NCBI GenBank assembly: GCA_049423145.1
Contig: JBMSQF010000001.1
Span: 27,171 to 91,170 of the forward strand
From: Burkholderiaceae bacterium
GTDB lineage: Bacteria > Pseudomonadota > Gammaproteobacteria > Burkholderiales > Burkholderiaceae_C
DNA: 64,000 nucleotides
Reading direction: 5' to 3'
The translations under genes and the position numbers were made by a program. Positions 40,003 through 49,701 of this stretch are shown in pieces; position 1 is the stretch's first letter; the number at the start of each line of letters is the position of its first letter. The notes below the pieces were generated by a model that did not search any database, was not told the origin of the DNA, and saw only the letters and a list, made by a program, of their open reading frames with translations.

Positions 40003-41142
40003 ATGACCTTGAAGTCTTCGCGGATGCAGCTGTTGGCCTTCGCTGTGGCGGCCGTCGCCCTGGTGGTCTTGCCCTTGTTCGTGCAGCCCATCGGCTCGGG
40101 TTGGGTGCGCATCATGGCCACGGCGCTGCTGTATGTCTTGTTGGCCCTGGGCCTGAACATCGTGGTGGGCTATGCGGGCCTCTTGGACCTGGGCTTCGTC
40201 GCCTTCTATGCCGTGGGCGCCTACATGGTGGCACTGCTCACCTCGCCGCATCTGGCCGAGCAGTTCACCTGGTTCGCGCAACACTTTCCCCAAGGGGTGC
40301 ACACGCCGATCTGGGTGGTGATTCCTTTGGCGGCGCTGCTGGCGGCGTTGGCAGGCGTGCTGCTGGGCACCCCGGTGCTCAAGCTGCGTGGGGACTACCT
40401 GGCCATCGTCACGTTGGGCTTCGGGGAAATCATCCGGGTGTTCATGAACAACTTGGAGCATCCGATCAACATCACCAACGGCCCACGCGGGCTGGACCGC
40501 ATCGATCCGGTATCGGTGTTCGGTTTCAGCCTGGGCCGTCCGCTGGATGTGTCGCTCCCCTGGGGCGAACTGCGCATTGCATCGGTCACGATGTACTACT
40601 GGCTCTTCCTGCTGCTGGTGGTGGTGAGCGTGGTCATCTGCCGGCGTCTCGAAGACTCGCGGATCGGCCGCGCCTGGATGGCCATCCGCGAGGACGAGAT
40701 GGCCGCTCGGGCGATGGGCATCCACACGCGCAACATGAAGCTGCTGGCTTTTGGGATGGGCGCCACTTTCGGCGGCGTCAGCGGCGCGATGTTCGCGTCC
40801 TTCCAGGGCTTCGTCTCGCCCGAGTCCTTCAGCTTGATGGAGTCGGTGATGATCGTGGCCATGGTGGTGCTGGGTGGCTTGGGCCACTTGCCCGGGGTGA
40901 TCGTCGGGGCCCTGATGCTGGCGGCATTGCCGGAGGTGCTGCGCTATGTCGCGGGCGACATTCAAAGCATGACGGGTGGCCGCATCGATGCGGCCATCCT
41001 GCGACAACTCCTGATTGCCCTGGCGATGATCGTCATCATGCTGTTGCGCCCACGCGGCCTGTGGCCCACGCCAGAGCATGGTCGATCGGCGATGGCCGAG
41101 GGCCCCGAGGGCCTCCCCGGGTCTGGCGGAGGCCGCGCGTGA
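40003..41142 (+). CDS. livM: Branched-chain amino acid ABC transporter permease
   Basis: 'LGLNIVVGYAGLLDLGFVAFYAVGAY' LivM core. Confidence 0.9.
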   Translation: MTLKSSRMQLLAFAVAAVALVVLPLFVQPIGSGWVRIMATALLYVLLALGLNIVVGYAGLLDLGFVAFYAVGAYMVALLTSPHLAEQFTWFAQHFPQGVHTPIWVVIPLAALLAALAGVLLGTPVLKLRGDYLAIVTLGFGEIIRVFMNNLEHPINITNGPRGLDRIDPVSVFGFSLGRPLDVSLPWGELRIASVTMYYWLFLLLVVVSVVICRRLEDSRIGRAWMAIREDEMAARAMGIHTRNMKLLAFGMGATFGGVSGAMFASFQGFVSPESFSLMESVMIVAMVVLGGLGHLPGVIVGALMLAALPEVLRYVAGDIQSMTGGRIDAAILRQLLIALAMIVIMLLRPRGLWPTPEHGRSAMAEGPEGLPGSGGGRA

Positions 41143-41936
41143 GCGCCGCAGCTTCCACGGGCGGGTCGGCGGTGGTGCTGGCGGTGCGCGGCGCGGGCAA
41201 GCGCTTCGGCGGCCTTCAGGCCTTGAGCGGAGTGGACTTGAGCATCGAGCGTGGCCAGGTGGCAGGACTCATCGGCCCCAATGGCGCGGGCAAGACCACG
41301 TTCTTCAATGTGATCACCGGCTTGTATCCGCCCGATAGCGGCACATTCGAGCTCGCCGGCCAGCCCTACAAACCCAGCGCCGTGCATGAAGTGGCGCGAG
41401 CGGGTATTGCGCGCACCTTCCAGAACATTCGTTTGTTTCCAGACATGACGGCCCTGGAGAATGTGATGGTCGGGCGTCATGTGCGGACCGCCTCAGGGCT
41501 TTGGGGCGCGGTGCTTCGCACCCCGGCCTTTCGAAGGGAGGAAGCGGACATTGCCGAGCGGGCACGGGAGCTGCTGCGCTATGTCGGCATCGAGCGCTAC
41601 GCCGATTACCGTGCCCGCACGCTGTCCTATGGCGACCAGCGCCGCCTGGAGATTGCCAGGGCTTTGGCCACGGATCCGCAGCTGCTGGCCTTGGATGAGC
41701 CGGCGGCCGGCATGAACGCCACCGAGAAGGTGGTGCTGCGCGACCTGATACGCCGCATCCGTTCGGATGGTCGCACGGTGCTGCTGATCGAGCACGATGT
41801 GAAACTGGTGATGGGCCTGTGCGACACGGTCACGGTTCTGGACTACGGCAAGGTGATCGCCCAGGGCACACCGGCGCAGGTGCAGCGCCATCCCCAAGTG
41901 ATCGAGGCCTACTTGGGAGCAGGGCACCATGCCTGA
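41139..41936 (+). CDS. livG: Branched-chain amino acid ABC transporter ATP-binding protein
   Basis: GTG start overlapping the livM stop (GTGA). Walker A 'GPNGAGKTT', 'LSYGDQRRLEIARAL' and 'LLALDEPAAG'. Confidence 0.9.
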   Translation: MSAAASTGGSAVVLAVRGAGKRFGGLQALSGVDLSIERGQVAGLIGPNGAGKTTFFNVITGLYPPDSGTFELAGQPYKPSAVHEVARAGIARTFQNIRLFPDMTALENVMVGRHVRTASGLWGAVLRTPAFRREEADIAERARELLRYVGIERYADYRARTLSYGDQRRLEIARALATDPQLLALDEPAAGMNATEKVVLRDLIRRIRSDGRTVLLIEHDVKLVMGLCDTVTVLDYGKVIAQGTPAQVQRHPQVIEAYLGAGHHA

Positions 41937-42657
41937 GTCCACCAGCGCCCCGCTGCTGCTCAGGGTCGACGGCCTGCGGGTGGCGTACGGCGGCATCCAG
42001 GCCGTCAAGGGCATCAGCCTGGAGGTGCGCGAGGGCGAACTGGTGAGCCTGATCGGCGCCAATGGCGCGGGCAAGACCACCACGCTGAAGGCGCTCACGG
42101 CAGTCCTGCCGCCGGGTGGCGGCTCGATCGAGTATGGAGGGCGCCCCACCGTGGGCCTTGGCTCCTGGGACCTGGTTGCACAGGGCTTGGTGATGGTGCC
42201 CGAGGGACGCGGAACCTTTACCCGTATGAGCATCCTGGAAAACCTCCAAATGGGCGCTTATCTGCGCCATGATGACCAAGTGGCTCAAGACCTCGAGCAT
42301 GTGTTCGACTTGTTTCCGCGCCTGAAGGAACGACGGGCCCAATTGGCCGGCACCTTGTCGGGTGGCGAGCAGCAGATGCTGGCCATGGGCCGGGCGCTGA
42401 TGGCCCGCCCCCGCCTGTTGCTGCTGGATGAGCCGTCGATGGGCCTGTCGCCCATCATGGTGGACAAGATCTTCGAGGTGGTCCAAACGATTCACCGTCA
42501 GGGCACCACGGTGTTGTTGGTGGAGCAGAATGCCAGCCGTGCGCTCGCGGTGGCTGACCGGGCCTATGTGATGGATTCCGGTGAGATGACGATGAGCGGC
42601 CCGGCGGCGGCGCTGCTGCACGACCCGCGCGTGCGAGCGGCCTACCTGGGTGAATGA
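41929..42657 (+). CDS. livF: Branched-chain amino acid ABC transporter ATP-binding protein
   Basis: Walker A 'GANGAGKTT', 'LSGGEQQMLAMGRAL' and 'LLLLDEPSMGLSP'. Confidence 0.9.
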   Translation: MPESTSAPLLLRVDGLRVAYGGIQAVKGISLEVREGELVSLIGANGAGKTTTLKALTAVLPPGGGSIEYGGRPTVGLGSWDLVAQGLVMVPEGRGTFTRMSILENLQMGAYLRHDDQVAQDLEHVFDLFPRLKERRAQLAGTLSGGEQQMLAMGRALMARPRLLLLDEPSMGLSPIMVDKIFEVVQTIHRQGTTVLLVEQNASRALAVADRAYVMDSGEMTMSGPAAALLHDPRVRAAYLGE

Positions 42658-42730
42658 GTGGGGCGGTCGATCCCCGAGAATGTTTCGCGTGTATTCCCAA
42701 ACCCTGTTTGTCTGAAGGAGCTCTTGGCAT

Positions 42731-43897
42731 ATGAACATGAAGTGGAACCTGGTTCTGGCGGCCACTGCGGTGGCGGCCCTCGCGGCCTGCGGCAAGAAGG
42801 AGGCGGCTGCGCCGGCGGCCTCCGAAGTGGTGGTCAAGATCGGTCATGTGGCACCGACCAGCGGCGCCATCGCGCACCTGGGCAAAGACAACGAAAACGG
42901 TGCCCGCATGGCCATCGATGACCTCAATGCCAAGGGCATGACCATCGACGGCAAGAAGGTGAAATTCGAACTGTTGGCCGAAGACGATGCGGCCGATCCC
43001 AAGCAGGGCACGGCCGCCGCGCAGAAGCTGGTGGACAGCAAGGTGGCCGGCGTCATCGGCCACCTGAACTCCGGCACCTCGATCCCGGCCTCCAAGATCT
43101 ACAGCGATGCCGGGATTCCCCAGATCAGCCCCTCGGCCACCAATCCCAAGTACACCCGCCAAGGCCTCAAGACCACGTTCCGCGTGGTGGCCGATGACGT
43201 GCACCTCGGCGGCACGCTGGGCAAGTACGCCGTGACGGAACTCAAGGGCAAGAGCATCGCCGTGGTGGACGATCGCACCGCCTACGGTCAGGGCGTGGCC
43301 GATGAATTCGCCAAGGGCGTGGAAGCCGCCGGCGGCAAGATCGTCGACCGCCAGTTCACCAACGACAAGGCCACCGACTTCACCGCCATCCTGACGGCGC
43401 TCAAGGCCAAGAAGCCCGATGTGGTGTTCTTCGGCGGCATGGACGCCGTGGCCGGCCCGATCCTGCGCCAGATGAAGCAGCTGGGTATCAATGCCAAGCT
43501 GATGGGCGGCGACGGCATCTGCACGGGCGAGCTGCCCAAGCTCGCCGCAGGCGCGATGGCCGATGGCCAGGTGGTGTGCGCGGAGGCGGGCGGGGTGGAA
43601 GGCGAAGCCAAGACCGCCATGGCCGACTTTGGAACCAAGTTCAAGGCCAAGTACAACGCGGATGTGCAGATCTACGCTCCCTATGTATACGACGCTGTGA
43701 TGGTGATGGTCGATGCCATGGCCAAGGCCAACTCGGCCGACCCGGCCAAGTACCTGCCGGTGTTGGCCAAGACCGAGGGCTACAAGGGCGTGACGGGCAC
43801 GATCTCCTTCGACGAGAAGGGCGACATCAAGAACGGTGCGCTGACCCTGTTCACCTACAAGGCCGACAAGCGCGAGGCCATTGCTGTGGTGCGCTGA
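42731..43897 (+). CDS. Branched-chain amino acid ABC transporter substrate-binding lipoprotein (LivJ/K-like)
   Basis: AAGGAG SD, lipobox 'LAACG' and a type-1 periplasmic binding fold ('KIGHVAPTSGAIAHLGKD'). Confidence 0.88.
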   Translation: MNMKWNLVLAATAVAALAACGKKEAAAPAASEVVVKIGHVAPTSGAIAHLGKDNENGARMAIDDLNAKGMTIDGKKVKFELLAEDDAADPKQGTAAAQKLVDSKVAGVIGHLNSGTSIPASKIYSDAGIPQISPSATNPKYTRQGLKTTFRVVADDVHLGGTLGKYAVTELKGKSIAVVDDRTAYGQGVADEFAKGVEAAGGKIVDRQFTNDKATDFTAILTALKAKKPDVVFFGGMDAVAGPILRQMKQLGINAKLMGGDGICTGELPKLAAGAMADGQVVCAEAGGVEGEAKTAMADFGTKFKAKYNADVQIYAPYVYDAVMVMVDAMAKANSADPAKYLPVLAKTEGYKGVTGTISFDEKGDIKNGALTLFTYKADKREAIAVVR

Positions 43898-43920
43898 TCC
43901 CGCCACGCGTTCGGGATGAG

Positions 43921-43948
43921 GGGCGCCGGTTTTCCGGCGCCCTTTTTT
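43921..43948 (+). terminator. Rho-independent terminator of the liv operon
   Basis: Perfect 9-bp stem GGGCGCCGG-TTTT-CCGGCGCCC followed by TTTTTT, 24 nt after the stop codon. Confidence 0.85.
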
Positions 43949-44100
43949 GTGGGCGCCTGCGGCGTGTGGCGGGCTGATGCCCGGGTGCCTTCGGCTTGCT
44001 TTTTGGGCGGCGGGCGCGGGCCGACCATCGCGGTGCCCCGGCGCCTGCACGGGTCTTGGCGCTGGGGCCATCATGGCGGTCTGTCATCCCACGGTTTCCC

Positions 44101-45315
44101 ATGAATTCCATCGCTGAAGGCCCGGCGGTGCTGGCGCCCACGCAGGCGGGCGCATTGCGCCTGCTGCAGGCCGTCCGCCCCCACGACTACGCGCGCAGCC
44201 GCAACCACCTGCAGGGCGCGGTCACGCGCCTATCGCCCTACATCACCCACGGGGTGTTGGGCCTGCCGCAGGTGCTGGAGGCGGTGCAGGCGGCTGAGCG
44301 CACGCGCGACCCGAAGGGGCGTGCCTTGGACCCCGACCACAAGTTCATCAACGAACTGGCCTGGCGCGAGTACTTCCATCACGTGTGGCAGTACGAGGGC
44401 AAGGGCATCTTTTCTTCCCTGCACGAAGGCCCGATGCCCGAAAGCGCGTATGCGCGGCTGCTGCCGGCCGACATCCGCGAAGGCCGCACGGGCGTGCCGG
44501 CCATTGACGAGGCGGTGCGCGAGCTCTACGCCACCGGCTACCTCCACAACCACGCCCGCATGTGGCTGGCCTCCTACGTGGTGCACCTGCGCAAAGTGCA
44601 CTGGCGCGCGGGCGCGGACTGGCTCTATGGGCATCTGCTGGACGGCGACTTGGCCAGCAACCACCTGTCCTGGCAGTGGGTGGCGGGCACCGGCAGCCCC
44701 AAACCCTATCTGTTCAACGCGGGCAATGTGGAGAAGTTCGCGCCGCCGGCCTGGCATTCGCGCGGCACCGTGATCGATGCGTCCTACGAGGCGCTGGAGG
44801 ACGTGGCGCGCAGCGGCAAGCGGCTGGAGGGACGACCGGGGCGGCTGCCGCCCCCGGTGGCCGTGTCGCCGGCCCCTTCAGCCGCCTCATCGGAGGTAAA
44901 GGCGGTTGGTGCTCCATCATCCGAGCCGCCCTTGCTCGACCGACCGCCCTTCGATCTGCCCACGGCCAAGGTCAGCGACTTGGACAGCGCGTGGCTGATC
45001 CACCCCTGGAACCTGCGAGCACCCGAGGGGTGGCCAGGACCGGTCGTAGGGGTGTTCGCCGCTTCCTTTCACCAGCGCTGGCGCTGGAGCGAACGCCGGT
45101 GGCAGTGGGTGCAGGCGCTGATGCGGGAGCACACCGACCGCATCCTCTGGTGTGAGGGCCCGCCGCCACCCAGTGCATGCACCGTGGCCGATCCGCATCT
45201 GCGCACCTGGCTGCTGCCAGGCCAGGGCCAGGCAGTACCGCGCATCTGGGACGACCCGGGCCGCCGTTGCCGCTCCTTCTCGCAGTTCTGGACCCGGGTT
45301 CGGGGGGCGCCATGA
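44101..45315 (+). CDS. Photolyase/cryptochrome-superfamily protein with inverted topology (FAD domain at the N-terminus; NewPHL-like)
   Basis: The FAD_binding_7 blocks begin about 35 aa from the N-terminus: 'RLSPYITHGVL', 'ELAWREYFHHVW', 'GRTGVPAIDEAVRELYATGYLHNHARMWLASY' and 'DGDLASNHLSWQWVAG'. About 190 extra residues follow at the C-terminus. Confidence 0.75.
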   Translation: MNSIAEGPAVLAPTQAGALRLLQAVRPHDYARSRNHLQGAVTRLSPYITHGVLGLPQVLEAVQAAERTRDPKGRALDPDHKFINELAWREYFHHVWQYEGKGIFSSLHEGPMPESAYARLLPADIREGRTGVPAIDEAVRELYATGYLHNHARMWLASYVVHLRKVHWRAGADWLYGHLLDGDLASNHLSWQWVAGTGSPKPYLFNAGNVEKFAPPAWHSRGTVIDASYEALEDVARSGKRLEGRPGRLPPPVAVSPAPSAASSEVKAVGAPSSEPPLLDRPPFDLPTAKVSDLDSAWLIHPWNLRAPEGWPGPVVGVFAASFHQRWRWSERRWQWVQALMREHTDRILWCEGPPPPSACTVADPHLRTWLLPGQGQAVPRIWDDPGRRCRSFSQFWTRVRGAP

Positions 45316-45857
45316 ACCCGGCCTTGCCACTCAACACGCCGCCGGCGGTGCCGGCGGATCTGATGGCCGACCTGCGGACCGACCATGCCGGTGAGACGGG
45401 CGCGGTATGGATCTACCGCGGCGTGCTGGCGGTCAGCCGCGATGCTGGGGTGCGCGATTTCGCGCGGCGTCATCTGGCCACCGAGCAGGAACATCTGGAT
45501 TTGATGTGCGAACTGGTCCCGCCGCGGCACCGCAGCAGGCTGATCGTGCCCTGGCGGGCTGCGGGCTTCTTCACCGGCTTCTTGCCCGCGCTGTTCGGGC
45601 CGCGTGCGGTCTACGGCACGATTGCCGCGGTGGAGACCTTCGTGGACCGCCACTACGAGGAGCAGATCCGCGCCTTGGACGCTCGGCCTGAAGGCGCAGC
45701 ACTGCAGCAGTTGCTGCGGCGCTGCCAGGCCGATGAGTGCCTCCATCGGGATGAAGCGGCGGCCGCCGCCGGACCGCCGGGCCTGCTGCTGCGCGGCTGG
45801 TGTGCCGTGGTGGCCTGGGGATCTGAAGCGGCGGTCAAGGTGGCGCGGCGCATTTGA
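45312..45857 (+). CDS. coq7: Demethoxyubiquinone hydroxylase (Coq7 family di-iron protein)
   Basis: 'LRTDHAGETGAVWIYRG', 'EQEHL' and 'ADECLHRDEA' di-iron carboxylate motifs. ATGA overlap with the upstream gene. Confidence 0.85.
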   Translation: MNPALPLNTPPAVPADLMADLRTDHAGETGAVWIYRGVLAVSRDAGVRDFARRHLATEQEHLDLMCELVPPRHRSRLIVPWRAAGFFTGFLPALFGPRAVYGTIAAVETFVDRHYEEQIRALDARPEGAALQQLLRRCQADECLHRDEAAAAAGPPGLLLRGWCAVVAWGSEAAVKVARRI

Positions 45858-45893
45858 GTCCGGTGCTGTTGAGCGAGACACCCTGGGGCGACC

Positions 45894-46814
45894 TCAAGGT
45901 GCTCGCGTCCACCAGGCCTCGCCAAACTGCCCCTGCAGCCAGCTCACGAACAGCTGCACTTTGGTGGGCACCAGGCGCGGCGAGGGGTACACCGCGTGCA
46001 TTTCCTGGGCGGGGAGCAGCCAGTCCTTGAGCAGCACCTGCACCGTGCCGTTGCGGATCGAATCGTGCGCGACATACAGCGGCAGTACCGCCAAGCCCAG
46101 GCCACCGCGGGCGGCTGTGAGCAGCGCCGAGAGGTTGTTCGAGCGCAGGGGCCCATGCACCACCACCTCGCGCCGTTGCGCATCGCCACTGCGTTGCGGC
46201 CGCGTAAAAGTCCACCGCGCATCACCCTGCACGGTGCTGTAGATCAGGGCCGAATGCGCACGCAGTTCGTCGGGCGTGCGGGGCGTGCCACGGGCCTTGA
46301 GGTAGCTGCCCGCGCCCACCAGCACCCAGGGATTGCTCCCCAGATAGCGTGAGCCCAGGGTGGAATCGGCCAGGCGCCCCATGCGCACGGCCACATCAAC
46401 CCCTTGCTCCAGCAGGTTCACATGGCGGTCCTCGCAGCTCAGGTCGATCTGCAGTTGCGGGTGTTCGCGGATGAACTGCAGCAGCAGCGGTGCGAGCACC
46501 CGCCGCCCGAAGGCCACCGAGGTGCTGATGCGCAACTGCCCCTGCATCTGGGATTGCGCCTGGAGGGCCACATGGTCGGCCTCTTCGACCTCATGGGCGA
46601 TGCGCCGGCAGTGCTCGGCATACAGCGCCCCCACCTCGGTCACCGACACGCCCTGGGTGGTGCGATGCAGCAGCCGCGAGCCCAGGCTCTTTTCCAGCTG
46701 CGCGATCTGCTTGGTGACGCTGGGCTGGCCCACCCCCAGGTCGGCCGCCGCCTTGCTGAAGGAGCCCAACTCCACCACCCGGATGAAGGTGTTCATCGCC
46801 GCGAGTTTGTCCAT
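45894..46814 (-). CDS. LysR family transcriptional regulator
   Basis: 'MNTFIRVVELGSFSKAAADLGVGQPSVTKQIAQLE' HTH plus a LysR substrate domain. Divergent from gcl. Confidence 0.9.
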   Translation of the reverse strand: MDKLAAMNTFIRVVELGSFSKAAADLGVGQPSVTKQIAQLEKSLGSRLLHRTTQGVSVTEVGALYAEHCRRIAHEVEEADHVALQAQSQMQGQLRISTSVAFGRRVLAPLLLQFIREHPQLQIDLSCEDRHVNLLEQGVDVAVRMGRLADSTLGSRYLGSNPWVLVGAGSYLKARGTPRTPDELRAHSALIYSTVQGDARWTFTRPQRSGDAQRREVVVHGPLRSNNLSALLTAARGGLGLAVLPLYVAHDSIRNGTVQVLLKDWLLPAQEMHAVYPSPRLVPTKVQLFVSWLQGQFGEAWWTRAP

Positions 46815-46855
46815 GGCCTCAGCCTAGGCCCGAAGCCGCCCAGGGGCAAGGGGGT

Positions 46856-46870
46856 ATTCCCAAATGGAAT
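46856..46870. promoter_or_regulatory. ATTCC-N5-GGAAT inverted repeat (contains T-N11-A); candidate LysR box of the gcl promoter
   Basis: Read directly, 42 nt upstream of the LysR start and about 105 nt upstream of the gcl ATG. Confidence 0.45.
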
Positions 46871-46974
46871 GGAGCAAATGCGCCCCCGACGGATTCACGC
46901 GAGCGCCCCGCCGGCGCAAGATTCGCCCCAATCCGGTGCGCCGCACCCCGACGTTTTTAAACCCAGGAGCCCCC

Positions 46975-48765
46975 ATGGCCAAGATGAAAGCCGCAATGGC
47001 TGCCGTACTCGTGATGGAAAAGGAAGGCGTGACCAATGCCTTCGGCGTGCCCGGCGCGGCCATCAACCCCCTGTACGCCGCCTTGCGTGAGCGTCAGAGC
47101 ATCACCCACATCCTGGCCCGCCATGTGGAAGGCGCTTCGCACATGGCCGAGGGCTACACCCGTGCCAAAGCGGGGAACATCGGCGTGTGCATCGGCACCT
47201 CGGGTCCGGCAGGTACCGACATGATCACCGGCCTGTATTCGGCCATCGCCGACTCCATCCCCATCCTGTGCATCACCGGCCAGGCGCCGCGTGCCCGCAT
47301 GCACAAGGAAGACTTCCAAGCGGTGGACATCCAGTCGATTGCCAAGCCGGTGACCAAGATGGCCACCACCGTGCTGGAGCCCGCCCAGGTGCCGCGCGTG
47401 TTCCAGCAGGCCTTCCACCTGATGCGCTCGGGCCGCCCAGGCCCGGTGCTGATCGATCTGCCCTTCGATGTGCAGATGGCCGAGATCGAATTCGACATCG
47501 ACACCTACGAGCCGCTGTCGGTCTACAAGCCTGCAGCCACCCGCAAGCAGATCGACAAGGCCCTGGACATGCTGATGGCCGCCGAGAAGCCGCTGATCGT
47601 GGCCGGCGGCGGCATCATCAACGCCGATGCGTCTGACCTGCTGGTCGAATTCGCCGAGCTCACCGGCGTGCCCGTCATTCCCACGCTGATGGGCTGGGGC
47701 ACGATTCCCGACGACCACCCGCTGATGGCCGGCATGTGTGGCCTGCAGACCAGTCACCGCTATGGCAACGCCACGATGCTGGCCTCGGATTTCGTGCTGG
47801 GCATCGGCAACCGCTGGGCCAACCGCCACACCGGTGGCATCGACACCTACACGAAGGGCCGTACCTTTGTGCACGTGGACATCGAGCCCACGCAGATCGG
47901 CCGCGTGTTCGAGCCGCAGTACGGCATCGTGAGTGACGCGAAGGCCGCGCTGGAGCTCTTCGTGCAAGCCGCGCGTGAGCGCAAGGCTGCCGGCTCGCTC
48001 AAGAGCTTCGCCACCTGGGCCGCGCGCTGCGCCGAGCGCAAGTCGCTCATGCACCGCAAGACGAACTACGACAACATTCCCATCAAGCCCCAGCGCGTGT
48101 ACCAGGAGATGAATGCGGTGTTCCCGCGCGACACGGTCTACGTGTCCACCATCGGCCTGAGCCAGATTGCCGCCGCGCAATTCCTGAACATCTATGGCCC
48201 GCGCCAGTGGATCAACTGCGGTCAGGCCGGCCCCCTGGGCTGGACCCTGCCCGCCGCACTCGGTGTGGTGGCCGCTGACCCCACCCGCACGGTGGTCGGC
48301 ATCGCGGGCGACTACGACTTCCAGTTTCTGATCGAGGAACTCGCTGCGGGCGCACAGTTCAAGCTGCCCTATGTGCAGGTGCTGGTCAACAACAGCTACC
48401 TCGGTCTGATCCGTCAGTCGCAGCGCGGTTTCGAGATGGACTACTGCGTGCAGCTGGCCTTCGACAACCAGAACGTGGAAGACGAAACCCTCAAGGGCTA
48501 TGGTGTCGACCATCAAAAGGTGGTGGAAGGCCTGGGTTGCAAGTCGCTGCGCGTGACCGACCCGGCCAAGCTGCAGGAATCGCTGCGCCAGGCGCAGGCC
48601 ATGGCCCGCGAGTTCAGCGTGCCGGTGGTGGTGGAGGTGATCCTGGAGAAGGTGACCAACATCGCCATGGGCGTGGAGATCGACAAGATCAATGAGTTCG
48701 AGGATATCGACTGCCGCCACCCCCAGGGCACCGAAGGCCTGGTCGCGGCCGGTCTCCTTGACTGA
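46975..48765 (+). CDS. gcl: Glyoxylate carboligase (tartronate-semialdehyde synthase)
   Basis: AGGAG SD. '[34 protein letters not shown]' N-terminus and ThDP motif region '[13 protein letters not shown]...[10 protein letters not shown]'. Confidence 0.93.
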   Translation: MAKMKAAMAAVLVMEKEGVTNAFGVPGAAINPLYAALRERQSITHILARHVEGASHMAEGYTRAKAGNIGVCIGTSGPAGTDMITGLYSAIADSIPILCITGQAPRARMHKEDFQAVDIQSIAKPVTKMATTVLEPAQVPRVFQQAFHLMRSGRPGPVLIDLPFDVQMAEIEFDIDTYEPLSVYKPAATRKQIDKALDMLMAAEKPLIVAGGGIINADASDLLVEFAELTGVPVIPTLMGWGTIPDDHPLMAGMCGLQTSHRYGNATMLASDFVLGIGNRWANRHTGGIDTYTKGRTFVHVDIEPTQIGRVFEPQYGIVSDAKAALELFVQAARERKAAGSLKSFATWAARCAERKSLMHRKTNYDNIPIKPQRVYQEMNAVFPRDTVYVSTIGLSQIAAAQFLNIYGPRQWINCGQAGPLGWTLPAALGVVAADPTRTVVGIAGDYDFQFLIEELAAGAQFKLPYVQVLVNNSYLGLIRQSQRGFEMDYCVQLAFDNQNVEDETLKGYGVDHQKVVEGLGCKSLRVTDPAKLQESLRQAQAMAREFSVPVVVEVILEKVTNIAMGVEIDKINEFEDIDCRHPQGTEGLVAAGLLD

Positions 48766-48861
48766 TCAGCGCCGCTGATCCAAAACGCATCCAGCCCACC
48801 CGCCGGAATGGGGCATCATCCGGCGGGCCGGGCAGTCCTCACCCTTTCGAGCACGCACCCC

Positions 48862-49641
48862 ATGACCACTTTCGCCGCCAACCTCTCGATGCTGTTCACC
48901 GAAGTCCCCTTCATTGAACGCTTCGGCCGCGCCGCCCGCGCGGGCTTCACGCAGGTGGAGTGTCAATTCCCGTATGAAGCGACGCCCGAGGCCATCAACG
49001 CTGAACTGCAGGCGCATGGCCAAAGCCTCATCCTGCACAACCTTCCGGCGGGCAACTGGGCCGGCGGCGAACGCGGCATCGCTTGCCATCCGGACCGCGT
49101 CGAAGAATTTCAGCGCGGCGTGGACCAGGCCATCGCCTACGCCACGGCCCTGGGCGTGAAGAAGATCAACTGCCTGGCCGGTATCAAGCCGGCGGGTGTG
49201 AGCGACGCGCAGGCCCGCTCGACGCTGGTGAGCAACCTGCGCTTTGCGGCGCAAAAGCTGGCTGCGCATGGCATCGACCTGCTGATCGAGCCCATCAACA
49301 CCTTCGACATCCCGGGCTTCTTCGTCAGCACCACGGCGCAGGGCTTGGGCATCCTGGACGAAGTAGGCGCGGCCAATGCCTACATCCAGTACGACGCGTA
49401 CCACATGCAACGCATGGAAGGTGAACTGGCGGGCACGCTCAGCAAGCACCTGGCCCGTATCGGCCACATCCAGATCGCCGACAACCCGGGCCGAAACGAA
49501 CCGGGTACCGGCGAGATCAACTACGCGTTCCTGTTCGCCCACCTCCACCGCATCGGCTATTCAGGCGCCATCGGTTGCGAGTACAAGCCGGCCCAGGGAA
49601 CCGAACAGGGACTGGGCTGGCGCCAGCAGCTCGCCGCCTGA
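48862..49641 (+). CDS. hyi: Hydroxypyruvate isomerase
   Basis: 'FAANLSMLFTEVPFIERF' N-terminus, TIM-barrel xylose-isomerase-like fold, position after gcl. Confidence 0.9.
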   Translation: MTTFAANLSMLFTEVPFIERFGRAARAGFTQVECQFPYEATPEAINAELQAHGQSLILHNLPAGNWAGGERGIACHPDRVEEFQRGVDQAIAYATALGVKKINCLAGIKPAGVSDAQARSTLVSNLRFAAQKLAAHGIDLLIEPINTFDIPGFFVSTTAQGLGILDEVGAANAYIQYDAYHMQRMEGELAGTLSKHLARIGHIQIADNPGRNEPGTGEINYAFLFAHLHRIGYSGAIGCEYKPAQGTEQGLGWRQQLAA

Positions 49642-49701
49642 TCGCTTCGCGATCGCTCACCCATCAGCCGCACACCGAACTCCCCGACGAGACACCACGA
49701 C

